DNA of 64,000 nt from a virus (lineage: Duplodnaviria > Caudoviricetes), in IMG/VR virus record IMGVR_UViG_3300002220_003476, positions 15,495 to 79,494 of that record; one strand, written 5' to 3'. Within the stretch, counting starts at the first letter, position 1; each line of letters begins with the position of its first letter. Below, one piece after another: positions 48,451 through 58,281 of this stretch. The notes beneath the pieces are model-generated. The model had not been told where the DNA came from. It ran no database searches and was given only the letters and a program-made list of their open reading frames with translations. The translations under genes and the position numbers were made by a program.

Positions 48451-48954
48451 ATGAATTTATATGAAGAAGAGTTATACACAGAAGATTTAATTAATTATCT
48501 AAAAAACATAATATGTAATATTTCTACTAAAATAGAGGATATTTATCATATAGATACAACATATTTTTGTAATAATTTGACAAATATGGGAGATTTTATG
48601 TTTGCAAATGATACATCCGATATTTGTAGGCCTTTTGAATACAAATTATCAAATGATAAATTAATAGGAATATCTTCAAACAATGTTGTTAATTTAGATT
48701 TGACTCAACGACATCTTAACATTTATAAAAATGAGGTCCCAATTGGATCTAAAGTCTCTATTATTAAAGAAGGTATAGCTACTTTTAAAATACCAACAAT
48801 AAATATTGACAAAAATACAATATATTTATCATCAACAAATAATCTAACTTGTGAACCAACTAATATACAATTAGGAAATATTATGTCTTATCTGATAAAT
48901 ACAAATGGTAATATGTTATTAAAACTTAATTTATCTATAAAAAACTTTAATTAG
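48451..48954 (+). CDS. possible head decoration/cement-like protein
   Basis: VVNLDLTQRHLN..K.EV..GSKVSII..G; recalled resemblance only. Confidence 0.3.
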   Translation: MNLYEEELYTEDLINYLKNIICNISTKIEDIYHIDTTYFCNNLTNMGDFMFANDTSDICRPFEYKLSNDKLIGISSNNVVNLDLTQRHLNIYKNEVPIGSKVSIIKEGIATFKIPTINIDKNTIYLSSTNNLTCEPTNIQLGNIMSYLINTNGNMLLKLNLSIKNFN

Positions 48955-48962
48955 GATAACAA

Positions 48963-50159
48963 ATGAATCGCAGAAATTTCTTATTAGGTACTGGTTTAGC
49001 ATTAACTAGTAATATTTCAGTTTATGGTCTTGAAGAGAAAAAGGATACATCGGTCTTATTTATCTGGCTTGGTGGTGGAATTAGTCAAATTGAATTTATT
49101 AACCCTTTACCAAACGCACCCCTTGGTGTTAAATCGGTAACGGGATATTTAAATAATGAAGTATGTCAAATTGGCGGAACTTTTACTAATTTAAATCGTA
49201 TTGCAAAAGATATTACCTTTGTTCGATCTTTACATCATAGAGATAGTAATCATGAAAGTGCGACAAATTGGATGATTACTTCAGAAGCAAACTTTAGATC
49301 AGACGCAAATAATTGGCCGTCTTATGGATCACTCTTAGTCAATCAAGCAGGGTTTGTAAATAAAGATATGCCAACATATGTACAAACATCAAGAATTGAT
49401 GGAGATGGACCAGCTTGGTTAGGAACTGATTGTACTGGTTATACAACTGACCTAGAAGGAATTTCTAATTTAACCCCAAAGTCAGATGGAGATACCTTTA
49501 AACGTAGATTAGATATTGTTAGCAGAATAGACAAAACTAAAGATCATCTACCAACAGACTGGATTGATTTAAGAGCACAATCTGTTAAAATGATCTACGG
49601 AAATACTCACAAGGCACTAGATCTCAAATTAGAAGATCAAAATAAATTAGCAGAATACAATGTTTCCAAGTCGAAATTTGGAAAAGATTGTTTGTTAGCT
49701 AAAAGGTTAATTCAAAACGGTAGCAGGTTCGTAAATGTCAACTTTGGCGGTTGGGATAATCATTCTGATATTCTTTTATCTTTTGAGTCAAGAGGCGTAG
49801 AACTAGACTCAGTTTTAGCTACAGTTATTAGTGACTTTAAACAAACAATGCCTAATACTTTAATAGTTGTTGCAAGTGAGTTCTCACGAACGTTTAAGCT
49901 AAACCAATCAAATGGAAGAGATCACTGGTCAGCAGTAAATAGTTTACTATTAGCTGGAGGAAATTATACTCATGGAAAACTAATTGGTAAAACAGACTCT
50001 AAAGGAGCAGAAGTAACTGATCAAGAATTGTCTCCTAAAGATTTGTCTTGGACTATATTTAATCACTTAGGTGTTGATAAAAGTTTAATATTAACAGATA
50101 AACAACAAAGACCTCATCGTATGTTTGATTCACAGGCAAAAAATATTCTTGAATTATAA
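48963..50159 (+). CDS. DUF1501 family protein with twin-arginine N-terminus
   Basis: MNRRNFL; IWLGGGISQ; FG..CLLAKRL...G.RFV; GGWDNH; EFSRT; GRDHW; GG. Confidence 0.88.
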   Translation: MNRRNFLLGTGLALTSNISVYGLEEKKDTSVLFIWLGGGISQIEFINPLPNAPLGVKSVTGYLNNEVCQIGGTFTNLNRIAKDITFVRSLHHRDSNHESATNWMITSEANFRSDANNWPSYGSLLVNQAGFVNKDMPTYVQTSRIDGDGPAWLGTDCTGYTTDLEGISNLTPKSDGDTFKRRLDIVSRIDKTKDHLPTDWIDLRAQSVKMIYGNTHKALDLKLEDQNKLAEYNVSKSKFGKDCLLAKRLIQNGSRFVNVNFGGWDNHSDILLSFESRGVELDSVLATVISDFKQTMPNTLIVVASEFSRTFKLNQSNGRDHWSAVNSLLLAGGNYTHGKLIGKTDSKGAEVTDQELSPKDLSWTIFNHLGVDKSLILTDKQQRPHRMFDSQAKNILEL

Positions 50160-50177
50160 TAGTATCAGGAGATACTA

Positions 50178-50594
50178 ATGTTTAATATTATTCATACAAA
50201 AAAAGCTTATGAAGAAGTAGCTAAAATTGAAAAAGTTTGTTTTGGACATTTACTATGTGAAGAAACGGACGATTTTTGGTTAATTTATGAAGGAAAAAGC
50301 ATAGCAGGTTATTGTGCTAATAGATATTATACTAACCCTTTTGTTTGCTTTATGTCTGGTTGTGGTATATTACCAGATTACCGTGGTAACGGACTACAAA
50401 AACGAGCTATTAGAGTAAGAGAGCAAGCTGCTAAAAAGTTAGGATATAATCGTATTGTAACTTATACTCTTAAAGATAATATTTGGAGCGCTAATAATTT
50501 CATACGATCTGGATATAAACTGTATATACCTAAATATTTTTATGGCTCACCAAATAGCCTTTATTTTTACAAGGAATTCAATGACGGAAGATGA
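50178..50594 (+). CDS. GNAT acetyltransferase
   Basis: GILPDYRGNGLQ (motif A), N...F..SGY. Confidence 0.85.
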   Translation: MFNIIHTKKAYEEVAKIEKVCFGHLLCEETDDFWLIYEGKSIAGYCANRYYTNPFVCFMSGCGILPDYRGNGLQKRAIRVREQAAKKLGYNRIVTYTLKDNIWSANNFIRSGYKLYIPKYFYGSPNSLYFYKEFNDGR

Positions 50595-50757
50595 TTATTT
50601 ACTAAAACTTAGTAATGAGTTGATACAAATAGAATTAGATACTAAATTTTACAGTATGGATATGACTACATATTTGCAACTTGACGAAATTAAGTGTCAG
50701 TATAACTGGGATACGCTTATGCCTCTAATGAAATATAAGGATTTTAATGCAAACTAG
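50581..50757 (+). CDS. hypothetical protein
   Basis: short ORF, start 50581. Confidence 0.4.
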   Translation: MTEDDYLLKLSNELIQIELDTKFYSMDMTTYLQLDEIKCQYNWDTLMPLMKYKDFNAN

Positions 50758-51727
50758 TTGCGGATCATGGATGAGAGCATGTAAAAGAGATAAGATCAAC
50801 ATACTATGCTCTCCAACACATGAAAGATTTGAAAGTGTTTTTGGTGAAATTGATGCTAATTTTTACGCAATCAAAACACCAGAAACAAAAGACTGGAATC
50901 AACAGTATTCCAGACAACCAGACAATTATCATATTTATAATTCAACACATTTGCCATATCATGTTAAGTTTGACTTAGTATTAAGTCAAAATAAATTTGG
51001 TCAATTTCAATATCTTGCTAGAATAGCTAGGATAATGGGACTACCACTGGTTTCAATAGAACACACTTGCCCAATGCCGTTCTGGTCACAGGATCAAATG
51101 AAACAATTAAGACAGATGGAAGCTAATATTAATGTGTTTATTTCTGATTGGTCTGTTGATGCTTGGGGTTTTTCAGACTCACGAAATGTAAGAGTTGTCG
51201 AACACTGTGTAGATACCAATACTTTTTCTCCTTCATCATTCAAAAGAACTAATCAAATACTAACAGTAGCAAATGATTATATAGGAAGAGATTATTGCTT
51301 AAACTTTAAGCAGTACATGCGTATTACTCAAGGCTTAAAAACAATGCCAGTTGGTGACACTCCTAATTTTTCTAAACCGTCTAAAGATATTAACGAATTA
51401 GTAAATTTTTATAGAACATCTCGTGTGTTTTTAAATACTGCACACTTATCACCAATACCAACTTCTTTATTAGAAGCAATGTCTTGTGAATGTGCTGTTG
51501 TTTCATGTAAAACATGTGCCATTCCATCGTATATTAAACATGGAGAAACTGGCTTTCTATATGAGACAGATCAAGAAGCTCGTTATTATTTAGAATTATT
51601 AATGAAAGATGAAAAGTTAGCAACAAGAATTGGTAAAAATGCAAGACAATCTATTCTAAAAAAATGTTCTAAAAATAGATTTGTCAATGAATATAATAAA
51701 ATATTTCAAGAGACTATATTAACATGA
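50747..51727 (+). CDS. glycosyltransferase family 4
   Basis: RVFLNTAHLSPIPTSLLEAMSCECAVVS...I..GETGFL. Confidence 0.88.
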   Translation: MQTSCGSWMRACKRDKINILCSPTHERFESVFGEIDANFYAIKTPETKDWNQQYSRQPDNYHIYNSTHLPYHVKFDLVLSQNKFGQFQYLARIARIMGLPLVSIEHTCPMPFWSQDQMKQLRQMEANINVFISDWSVDAWGFSDSRNVRVVEHCVDTNTFSPSSFKRTNQILTVANDYIGRDYCLNFKQYMRITQGLKTMPVGDTPNFSKPSKDINELVNFYRTSRVFLNTAHLSPIPTSLLEAMSCECAVVSCKTCAIPSYIKHGETGFLYETDQEARYYLELLMKDEKLATRIGKNARQSILKKCSKNRFVNEYNKIFQETILT

Positions 51728-51918
51728 ATGTATTTATGATTAGAAATGCAGACGGGGAATATTATTGTTCTTATAAAAGAAACCCAAGACAAAAATGGGG
51801 AATACAAACACAGGCATCAATTTGGCAAAGTAAAGGGGTAGCAATGTCTATTCTTAAAAAATGTCATCTTAAAGGATCTTCTGTTATTGAATTTGAAATG
51901 AAAGAATTAAACATATGA
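51724..51918 (+). CDS. hypothetical protein
   Basis: ORF with ATGA overlaps. Confidence 0.5.
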   Translation: MNVFMIRNADGEYYCSYKRNPRQKWGIQTQASIWQSKGVAMSILKKCHLKGSSVIEFEMKELNI

Positions 51919-52355
51919 AAATACTATCTGGAGTTGGAGTCAGACCAACGAAAGAATTTGATATTATAATTGATCCATCTGGACAGTTTACATTGCCAAA
52001 ACCATTAGAATTTTCTAATATTTGTGACGATAATGAGTGTGAGCTTTTTGTTGGTTATATATTAGATTATATCCCTATCAATAAAATTGATAATATTCTT
52101 AATGATTTAGTAAAGAAGACCAGAATTAATGGGAGAATTATTTTACATGGAACTAATATTAATGAACTTAATAGAGCTTATTTTATGGGGCATATTGGTA
52201 CACCAGAATATAACTCTATCTTATATGGATTAATGAAATGTGGAATATACTGTCCAGATGTTCTGTCGAAAAAATTTGAATCTATGGGACTAAGTATAGC
52301 ATCAAGAAAATTAGATAAACTATCTTTTAGTATAGAGGTAGTACGTGTTAAATAA
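51915..52355 (+). CDS. degenerate class I methyltransferase-like protein
   Basis: ILDYIP...ILNDLVKKTRINGRIIL resembles the post-motif segment of Methyltransf_11. Confidence 0.4.
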   Translation: MKILSGVGVRPTKEFDIIIDPSGQFTLPKPLEFSNICDDNECELFVGYILDYIPINKIDNILNDLVKKTRINGRIILHGTNINELNRAYFMGHIGTPEYNSILYGLMKCGIYCPDVLSKKFESMGLSIASRKLDKLSFSIEVVRVK

Positions 52356-52797
52356 AAATATAGAACAAGAATTTACGTGTCATTTAGATGTTATTATTAT
52401 AGATAATCTAGAGCAAAATTTAGAGTATATCAATAAATTATCTAACATAGAGTCTGTATTTATATTGACTCACGATAGAAACTCTATATCTTTAGCTAGT
52501 GAAAATAAGATTGTTTTTTGGTATCCAGAAGACGAAATATTTAATATGGACGAATTATTTTCATCTATCAAAAATCATATTAGAGGAACTCATACTTGTA
52601 TTTTAGATAAAGTACCAACTTTTGATATTTGTGAAAAAATTAATATTCACGAGAAATTATTTAAACACAAAATATATGAAAATCCAACTGTAATTAACAA
52701 CTCAGTATTAATGGCTTCTTTAATTGCTGGATGGTCTTATTCTAAACTTATTGATACAATGTATGAAAAACACAAGGAATATATTTATACATGGTAG
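52345..52797 (+). CDS. hypothetical protein
   Basis: ORF. Confidence 0.5.
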   Translation: MLNKNIEQEFTCHLDVIIIDNLEQNLEYINKLSNIESVFILTHDRNSISLASENKIVFWYPEDEIFNMDELFSSIKNHIRGTHTCILDKVPTFDICEKINIHEKLFKHKIYENPTVINNSVLMASLIAGWSYSKLIDTMYEKHKEYIYTW

Positions 52798-53525
52798 TAA
52801 CATTAATTGCTAATTATAATTATGGAAAATATCTAATAGACGCTATAGACAGTGCTTTGAATCAAACTGTAGAAAATTTTATAGTATTTGTTGACGATTT
52901 TTCAGTAGATAACTCTGTATCTTTAGCGGCAAATAAATTAAAAACTAAATTTGATAAAACAATAACTCTTAAAGATATGACATTTGGATTACATCGTGGA
53001 GAAAATTCTATGGTAATTCAACTTGGAAAAAATTGTGGTCCGTCTAGAGCAAGAAATATTGGTATATCAGCAAGTTTAAAGTTTGCTGATTTTTATCAAA
53101 TATTAGATGCCGATGATATTATGTATCCTAATAAGATAGAAACATTAATTAAGGAAATGCATGACAATATTGGAGTAACATATGGAGACTACGATATAAT
53201 AAACGAAGATCATATTATTACAAGAGAATATAAACAACCTTTTTCTATGCAATCTTTAATGAAAGAGTGTATTGTTCATAGTGGATCTCTAATAAGAGCT
53301 AATACATTAAAACAGGTTGTAAATCAATACGGTTTTTATAACGAAACAATGAGAGTTGCTGAAGATTACGATCTATGGCTTCGAATAGCTAAACACGGTT
53401 GGTCAATTAGGCATATTGCAGAACCGTTAACATTAGTCAGAACTCACAGCGAGAACTCAACTAATTCTGTACCTAAACACATATGGGAAGACTGCTGGCG
53501 CAAAATATGTCAAAACAATTCTTAA
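52791..53525 (+). CDS. glycosyltransferase family 2
   Basis: NYNYGKYL..AI.SAL.Q, VDDFSVD, ARNIG, LDADD, EDYDLWLR. Confidence 0.92.
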   Translation: MVVTLIANYNYGKYLIDAIDSALNQTVENFIVFVDDFSVDNSVSLAANKLKTKFDKTITLKDMTFGLHRGENSMVIQLGKNCGPSRARNIGISASLKFADFYQILDADDIMYPNKIETLIKEMHDNIGVTYGDYDIINEDHIITREYKQPFSMQSLMKECIVHSGSLIRANTLKQVVNQYGFYNETMRVAEDYDLWLRIAKHGWSIRHIAEPLTLVRTHSENSTNSVPKHIWEDCWRKICQNNS

Positions 53526-54202
53526 CAACAGTTAAAAAAGCAAATAGAGAAATGAGTGTTATTCTGTATTCAAGTAATTCAATACCGAGAATGACATCTT
53601 TTGGCCCAAAGCCACTGCTTAAAATCAATGAAACTCCAATTTTTGATTTACAGTGTTATAATTTATGTTATGCATATGGAAATCCTGATATTGTACTACC
53701 TGTTCACTTTGAAAAAGATGAAGTAATTAGTAAAATATATCCAAATGCTAGATTAGTGGAATCAAACGGATGTGAATGTTTTGATATATGGTCAGCCTTA
53801 AATATAGTAAGAGACACAGATATATTATTTGTTGATCAAGCTACCGTATTTCATCACAGTGTATTAAATCAGAAGTACCATACAAGTTTTGTTTTGTATA
53901 GTGATGGCAACGACGATGACTGCTCATTAAATCTTAACAAAGGTAAAGTTCAATCAATTTCATTCAATAAGAATAACAATAAATGGAAAAATATCCTTTT
54001 CTTGAAAAAGAAAAATGTAATAAGATTAAGAAGACTATTGCGTAAATATGAATACGGATCAAAATATTTTTTCGAATTAATTAACGATGGTCTTGATATG
54101 GATTTACAATTAAATGCATATAAGGTTCCAAATGATAAAATTATGACAGTACACAACAGTAGGGATATTAAAGATTTACATGAAGATACTTATATCAAAT
54201 GA
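53507..54202 (+). CDS. nucleotidyltransferase-like (NTP_transferase fold), degenerate
   Basis: VIL...RMTSFGPKPLLKIN; lacks GxGxR glycines. Confidence 0.55.
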   Translation: MSKQFLTTVKKANREMSVILYSSNSIPRMTSFGPKPLLKINETPIFDLQCYNLCYAYGNPDIVLPVHFEKDEVISKIYPNARLVESNGCECFDIWSALNIVRDTDILFVDQATVFHHSVLNQKYHTSFVLYSDGNDDDCSLNLNKGKVQSISFNKNNNKWKNILFLKKKNVIRLRRLLRKYEYGSKYFFELINDGLDMDLQLNAYKVPNDKIMTVHNSRDIKDLHEDTYIK

Positions 54203-55211
54203 AAATAGAAACGCTCACTATTATATCAGAATGGGTCACGCAAAAGCGTTTTCTGCTTGTGGTCATGAGTGTGTAGTTTGGGATTTACAAAGTAAAAGCG
54301 TATTCGATGCTTTCGACGAATTTGAACCTGATATTTTTTGGGGGCAAACTTATAACCTAAATAATGCAATAATTAAATGTATTGAAGAAAGACCTCATCT
54401 AAGAGTAATACTAAGAGCACCAGACTGGTCTGATTTAGCGGATAAAGTTAAGTCTAAATATCCAATATTAACAGCACAACAAGATGAAATAGATTTAGTT
54501 AACAAATTAAGGGATTTAACAGGTAAGCCAAATTTTTTACATTGTCATTATACTCAAAAATCTATAGAACAAACACATAAAAGATGGATTGATAATGATT
54601 ATAATGTTGTTAGTATGTTAAATGGTGCAGACTTGTTTGATTTTCACAATGGATCATATAATAACATATATGAATCAGACATTTGTTTTATTGGAGGTAG
54701 ATGGGGATATAAAGCTAAAAATCTAGATCCTTATCTGGTAAAATTGTGTCATCCAAAATATGATTACAATATTAAAATTTTTGGAAACCAAAATTGGGGA
54801 ATTCCAAACTACTGTGGGTTTATTAATGATGAAGATGCTAAACACGCTCTTTCTTCTTCAAAAATATGCCCAAATATTAGTGAACCTCATTCAAATGAAT
54901 ATGGTTATGATATAGTAGAAAGACCTTTTAAACTTCTATCAAACAAATGTTTTGTCATAAGTGATCATGTACAAGATTTAGAAGATATAATTAAAGGTAT
55001 AGTGTATGTAAAATCTCCAGAAGAATTTAAAGAAAAAATAGATTATTATCTTAATAATGAAGAAGAAAGAAGCAGTATTGCTAATCTTGGATATTCAGAA
55101 GTAATGAATAATCATACATATTTTCATAGAATAGCAAATATATTTACAAATATTAATTTACAACATGAAGCAGATCATGTCATGAGGATTTATAATGAGC
55201 ATTTCAAATAA
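54180..55211 (+). CDS. CgeB-like glycosyltransferase (Glyco_trans_1_2)
   Basis: SDICFIGG, IKIFG, SSSKICPN, ERPF...FVISD, R..IA..GY..V...HTYFHR. Confidence 0.8.
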   Translation: MKILISNENRNAHYYIRMGHAKAFSACGHECVVWDLQSKSVFDAFDEFEPDIFWGQTYNLNNAIIKCIEERPHLRVILRAPDWSDLADKVKSKYPILTAQQDEIDLVNKLRDLTGKPNFLHCHYTQKSIEQTHKRWIDNDYNVVSMLNGADLFDFHNGSYNNIYESDICFIGGRWGYKAKNLDPYLVKLCHPKYDYNIKIFGNQNWGIPNYCGFINDEDAKHALSSSKICPNISEPHSNEYGYDIVERPFKLLSNKCFVISDHVQDLEDIIKGIVYVKSPEEFKEKIDYYLNNEEERSSIANLGYSEVMNNHTYFHRIANIFTNINLQHEADHVMRIYNEHFK

Positions 55212-56025
55212 AATTTTAATCACCGGGGCTGGTGGATTCATAGGTAAACATGTTCATAATTTCTATCGGAATGCAATAGGATTAACTCGTCAAGATCTAG
55301 ATCTATCAGACGAAAATGCAGTTAAAGATTATTTTGAACATCATTATCAACCAGATATTATTATTCATTTAGCCTCTAATGCTTTACCTTTTCCTTCTCC
55401 AGAAAATATTGAAAAAATGACAAGAGACAATATCGTATCTTGTCAAAATTTATTAAAATATTGTCCAGAAGGATGTCATTTTATTAATATGTCTAGTATA
55501 GTTGTTTATGGAGATCAAGATAATGAAATGCATGAAGGAATGCTAGTACAACCAACAGCATATTATGCTTTATCAAAGCTAGCAACAGAATACTTGATTG
55601 ATGTTTATTCTAAAAAAATAAAAGGGACAAACTTAAGATTAAGTGCAACAATTGGAAAAGGTTTAACTCATGGGGCTGTTATGGACTTTAGAGCAAGGTT
55701 AAAAAATGGAGACAAATTTTGGGCCATTGGATCTAAACCAGGTTCTTGTAAACCTTATGTTCATGTAGATGATGTTATTCAAGCTATAGAAATTGTTATT
55801 AAACATGAAGCAATAGGAACGTTTAATGTTTCAAATAATTCTATTACTATAGAAGAAGTAGCGAAAGCGTGTATGAAAAGCCTTAAAATCGAAAAAGAAA
55901 TTGAATGGAGACCAGAATATGAATGGAAAGGCGATAATAAAAAGCTTATTGTTAACTCAAATAAACTAAAAGGATTAGGATGGAAGCCTAAGTATACATC
56001 AGAGGAGGCTATATGCAGCCTTTGA
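55195..56025 (+). CDS. NAD-dependent epimerase/dehydratase
   Basis: LITGAGGFIG, IIHLA, SSIVVYG, YALSK, YVHVDD. Confidence 0.92.
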   Translation: MSISNKILITGAGGFIGKHVHNFYRNAIGLTRQDLDLSDENAVKDYFEHHYQPDIIIHLASNALPFPSPENIEKMTRDNIVSCQNLLKYCPEGCHFINMSSIVVYGDQDNEMHEGMLVQPTAYYALSKLATEYLIDVYSKKIKGTNLRLSATIGKGLTHGAVMDFRARLKNGDKFWAIGSKPGSCKPYVHVDDVIQAIEIVIKHEAIGTFNVSNNSITIEEVAKACMKSLKIEKEIEWRPEYEWKGDNKKLIVNSNKLKGLGWKPKYTSEEAICSL

Positions 56026-56792
56026 TATATGTATGGTCAAAAGATAGGGCATCACAATTACATACTTTTCTTTCTTCAATAAATAAAAATCTTGTTGATA
56101 CTGTAGATATAGAAGTTTTATATAATTATAGCTCAGAATCTTTTAGAGATGGTTACACAAAAACTATCCAAAGATGGCCTGATGTTAAATTTACATTGCA
56201 GAATGATGCTAAAAGTCAAATGATAGACAGTATTAGTAAATATAATGTCTTTGTTATAGCAACTGATGATACATATATGTTTAAGAAATGTCCAACTACA
56301 TTTGTTGATAAAATAGAGGATGTGTTTACTTTCTCTTTTAGATGTGGATTAAATACAGTTATTCAAAATCACGTTATTCAGTCATATCAACCAATTCTTA
56401 CTAAATATGAAGATGAGGGTGATACAATCAAGTGGAATTATTCTACGATACAAGATCATTTTAACTATGGTTATCCGTTTTCTATGGATATGCACGCATA
56501 TAAAACATCAGAAGTTATAGACTTTATAAAAAAAATTAGTTTCTATAGACCTCCAGAACTAGAGGGAAATTTGTTACAATTTCGTAGATATACATCTCAA
56601 TGGATGAGATCTTATAAACATAGCGTATGTGTTAATGTTCCATTAAATTGTATGTCTGGTAATACTGCTTCAATGAATATTTCTTTAATAGATATTAATC
56701 AAAACTATTTAGATGGACAAGATTTATTTTATATTAACGAAGATATTGTTGGATGTCATCAAAATTTACAAATAGGATATGATGTTAGATAA
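56013..56792 (+). CDS. GT-A-like protein
   Basis: SKDRASQLHTFLSSI, TDD, YGYPFSMDMH, LEGNL. Confidence 0.5.
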   Translation: MQPLIYVWSKDRASQLHTFLSSINKNLVDTVDIEVLYNYSSESFRDGYTKTIQRWPDVKFTLQNDAKSQMIDSISKYNVFVIATDDTYMFKKCPTTFVDKIEDVFTFSFRCGLNTVIQNHVIQSYQPILTKYEDEGDTIKWNYSTIQDHFNYGYPFSMDMHAYKTSEVIDFIKKISFYRPPELEGNLLQFRRYTSQWMRSYKHSVCVNVPLNCMSGNTASMNISLIDINQNYLDGQDLFYINEDIVGCHQNLQIGYDVR

Positions 56793-57345
56793 TTCATGGT
56801 TTGATTATTCAGATATATATGATGAAGCAGTAGATAAATATGATAATACTGTTTTCTGTGAGTTGGGATCTTTTAAAGGTGCTTCCGCCATATATCTAGC
56901 ACAAAGAATAAAAGAAAAAAATAAAAATATTAAAGTTGTATGTGTCGATTTTTGGCCATCTCCAAAAGAAATAAATAATCTGTGTGGTATAGGAGCAGGT
57001 CAAGGTGAAGAATCTAAGAAAATTAAAGAATATGGCGGATCTTTAATGCAAGATTTTATAGATAATGTTTACAAATATAATGTAGAAAATATTATCATAC
57101 CGATAAGATCATCAACCAATAATGCTTGTGGCATTTTTCCAAAGAATTACTTTGATTTTATTTTTGTTGATGCGTGTCATTATTATGATCAAGTTAAATT
57201 AGATTTACAAAATTGGTATCCTAAATTAACAGTTGATGGTATGATTGCCGGTCATGATTATGAATCTGGAGTAAAAAAAGCGGTAGATGAATTTTTCAAT
57301 AACAAAATTATAAAAAGAGGAACTTCGTGGCAATTCAACAAGTAG
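56779..57345 (+). CDS. class I SAM methyltransferase (Methyltransf_24-like)
   Basis: ELGSFKGAS, FDFIFVDACHYY..V..D...W.PKL...G.IAGHDY. Confidence 0.9.
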   Translation: MMLDNSWFDYSDIYDEAVDKYDNTVFCELGSFKGASAIYLAQRIKEKNKNIKVVCVDFWPSPKEINNLCGIGAGQGEESKKIKEYGGSLMQDFIDNVYKYNVENIIIPIRSSTNNACGIFPKNYFDFIFVDACHYYDQVKLDLQNWYPKLTVDGMIAGHDYESGVKKAVDEFFNNKIIKRGTSWQFNK

Positions 57346-58274
57346 GATTAAAATTTTTAGTGTGGGGGGGAGCAGGTTTTGCTGGTGCTGTTTTATCTCG
57401 ATATTTATTAGATGCTGGACACCAAATTTATGTAGCAGATAATCTATATAAGGGGATGGATGGTATTACTCCGTATATTATGGATCCAAACTTTCATTTC
57501 AAAAAATTAGATATTACAAATGAGGAAGATGTAAAGACAGCTTATAAATGGAATCCAGACCGCATAATTCTATTATCTGGTATTGTAGGACTTGACGCTT
57601 GTGATAATAATAAAATTCTAGCTGAAGCTGTTAATAAAACTGGCTGGGAATATGTTGTTAAACATAATACTGAAAATGTTCCAGTGTGTGCCGCTAGCAC
57701 AGGAAGCATTTTTGGAAAAATTGAAGGAATGTCATGTAATGAAGAAACACCAATAAATCCTTTAAGTCATTATGCTATCACAAAATATGAAGGAGAAAAA
57801 GTGGTGGTTGAAAATGGTGGAATAGCACTAAGATACGCTACTGCCGCTGGATGTAGTCCAAATCATAGACTAAAGTTATTACCAAATGAATTATGTTATG
57901 TAGCATATACACAAAAACTACTTAATATTTTTCAAGGTCATGTTATGAGAACTTTTATAGATATTAGGGATTTTGCACGATCTTTAATCTTTTTCAGTGA
58001 AAATCATTATGATTTAGATAAAGGCGTCTACTGTGTTGGATCGGAAGAAAATAACTGGTCTAAAAAACAATTAGCTTTATATATTGGAGGGAAAACAGGG
58101 GCAACTATTCAGTATAATGAGAATAATATTGATCGTGATTTTAGAAATTATTATTGCGATTACTCAAAGCTGGAATCTACAGGTTTTAAGTGTCAATTTA
58201 AGTTAAGCGACACTATTGATGACATGCTTAGTAAGATGTCTATGATTGTTGAAAAATATCAAATATACCACTAG
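57327..58274 (+). CDS. NAD-dependent epimerase/dehydratase
   Basis: GGAGFAG, ILLSGIVG, STGSIFG, YAITK, LRYATA. Confidence 0.88.
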   Translation: MAIQQVGLKFLVWGGAGFAGAVLSRYLLDAGHQIYVADNLYKGMDGITPYIMDPNFHFKKLDITNEEDVKTAYKWNPDRIILLSGIVGLDACDNNKILAEAVNKTGWEYVVKHNTENVPVCAASTGSIFGKIEGMSCNEETPINPLSHYAITKYEGEKVVVENGGIALRYATAAGCSPNHRLKLLPNELCYVAYTQKLLNIFQGHVMRTFIDIRDFARSLIFFSENHYDLDKGVYCVGSEENNWSKKQLALYIGGKTGATIQYNENNIDRDFRNYYCDYSKLESTGFKCQFKLSDTIDDMLSKMSMIVEKYQIYH

Positions 58275-58281
58275 GAATAAA

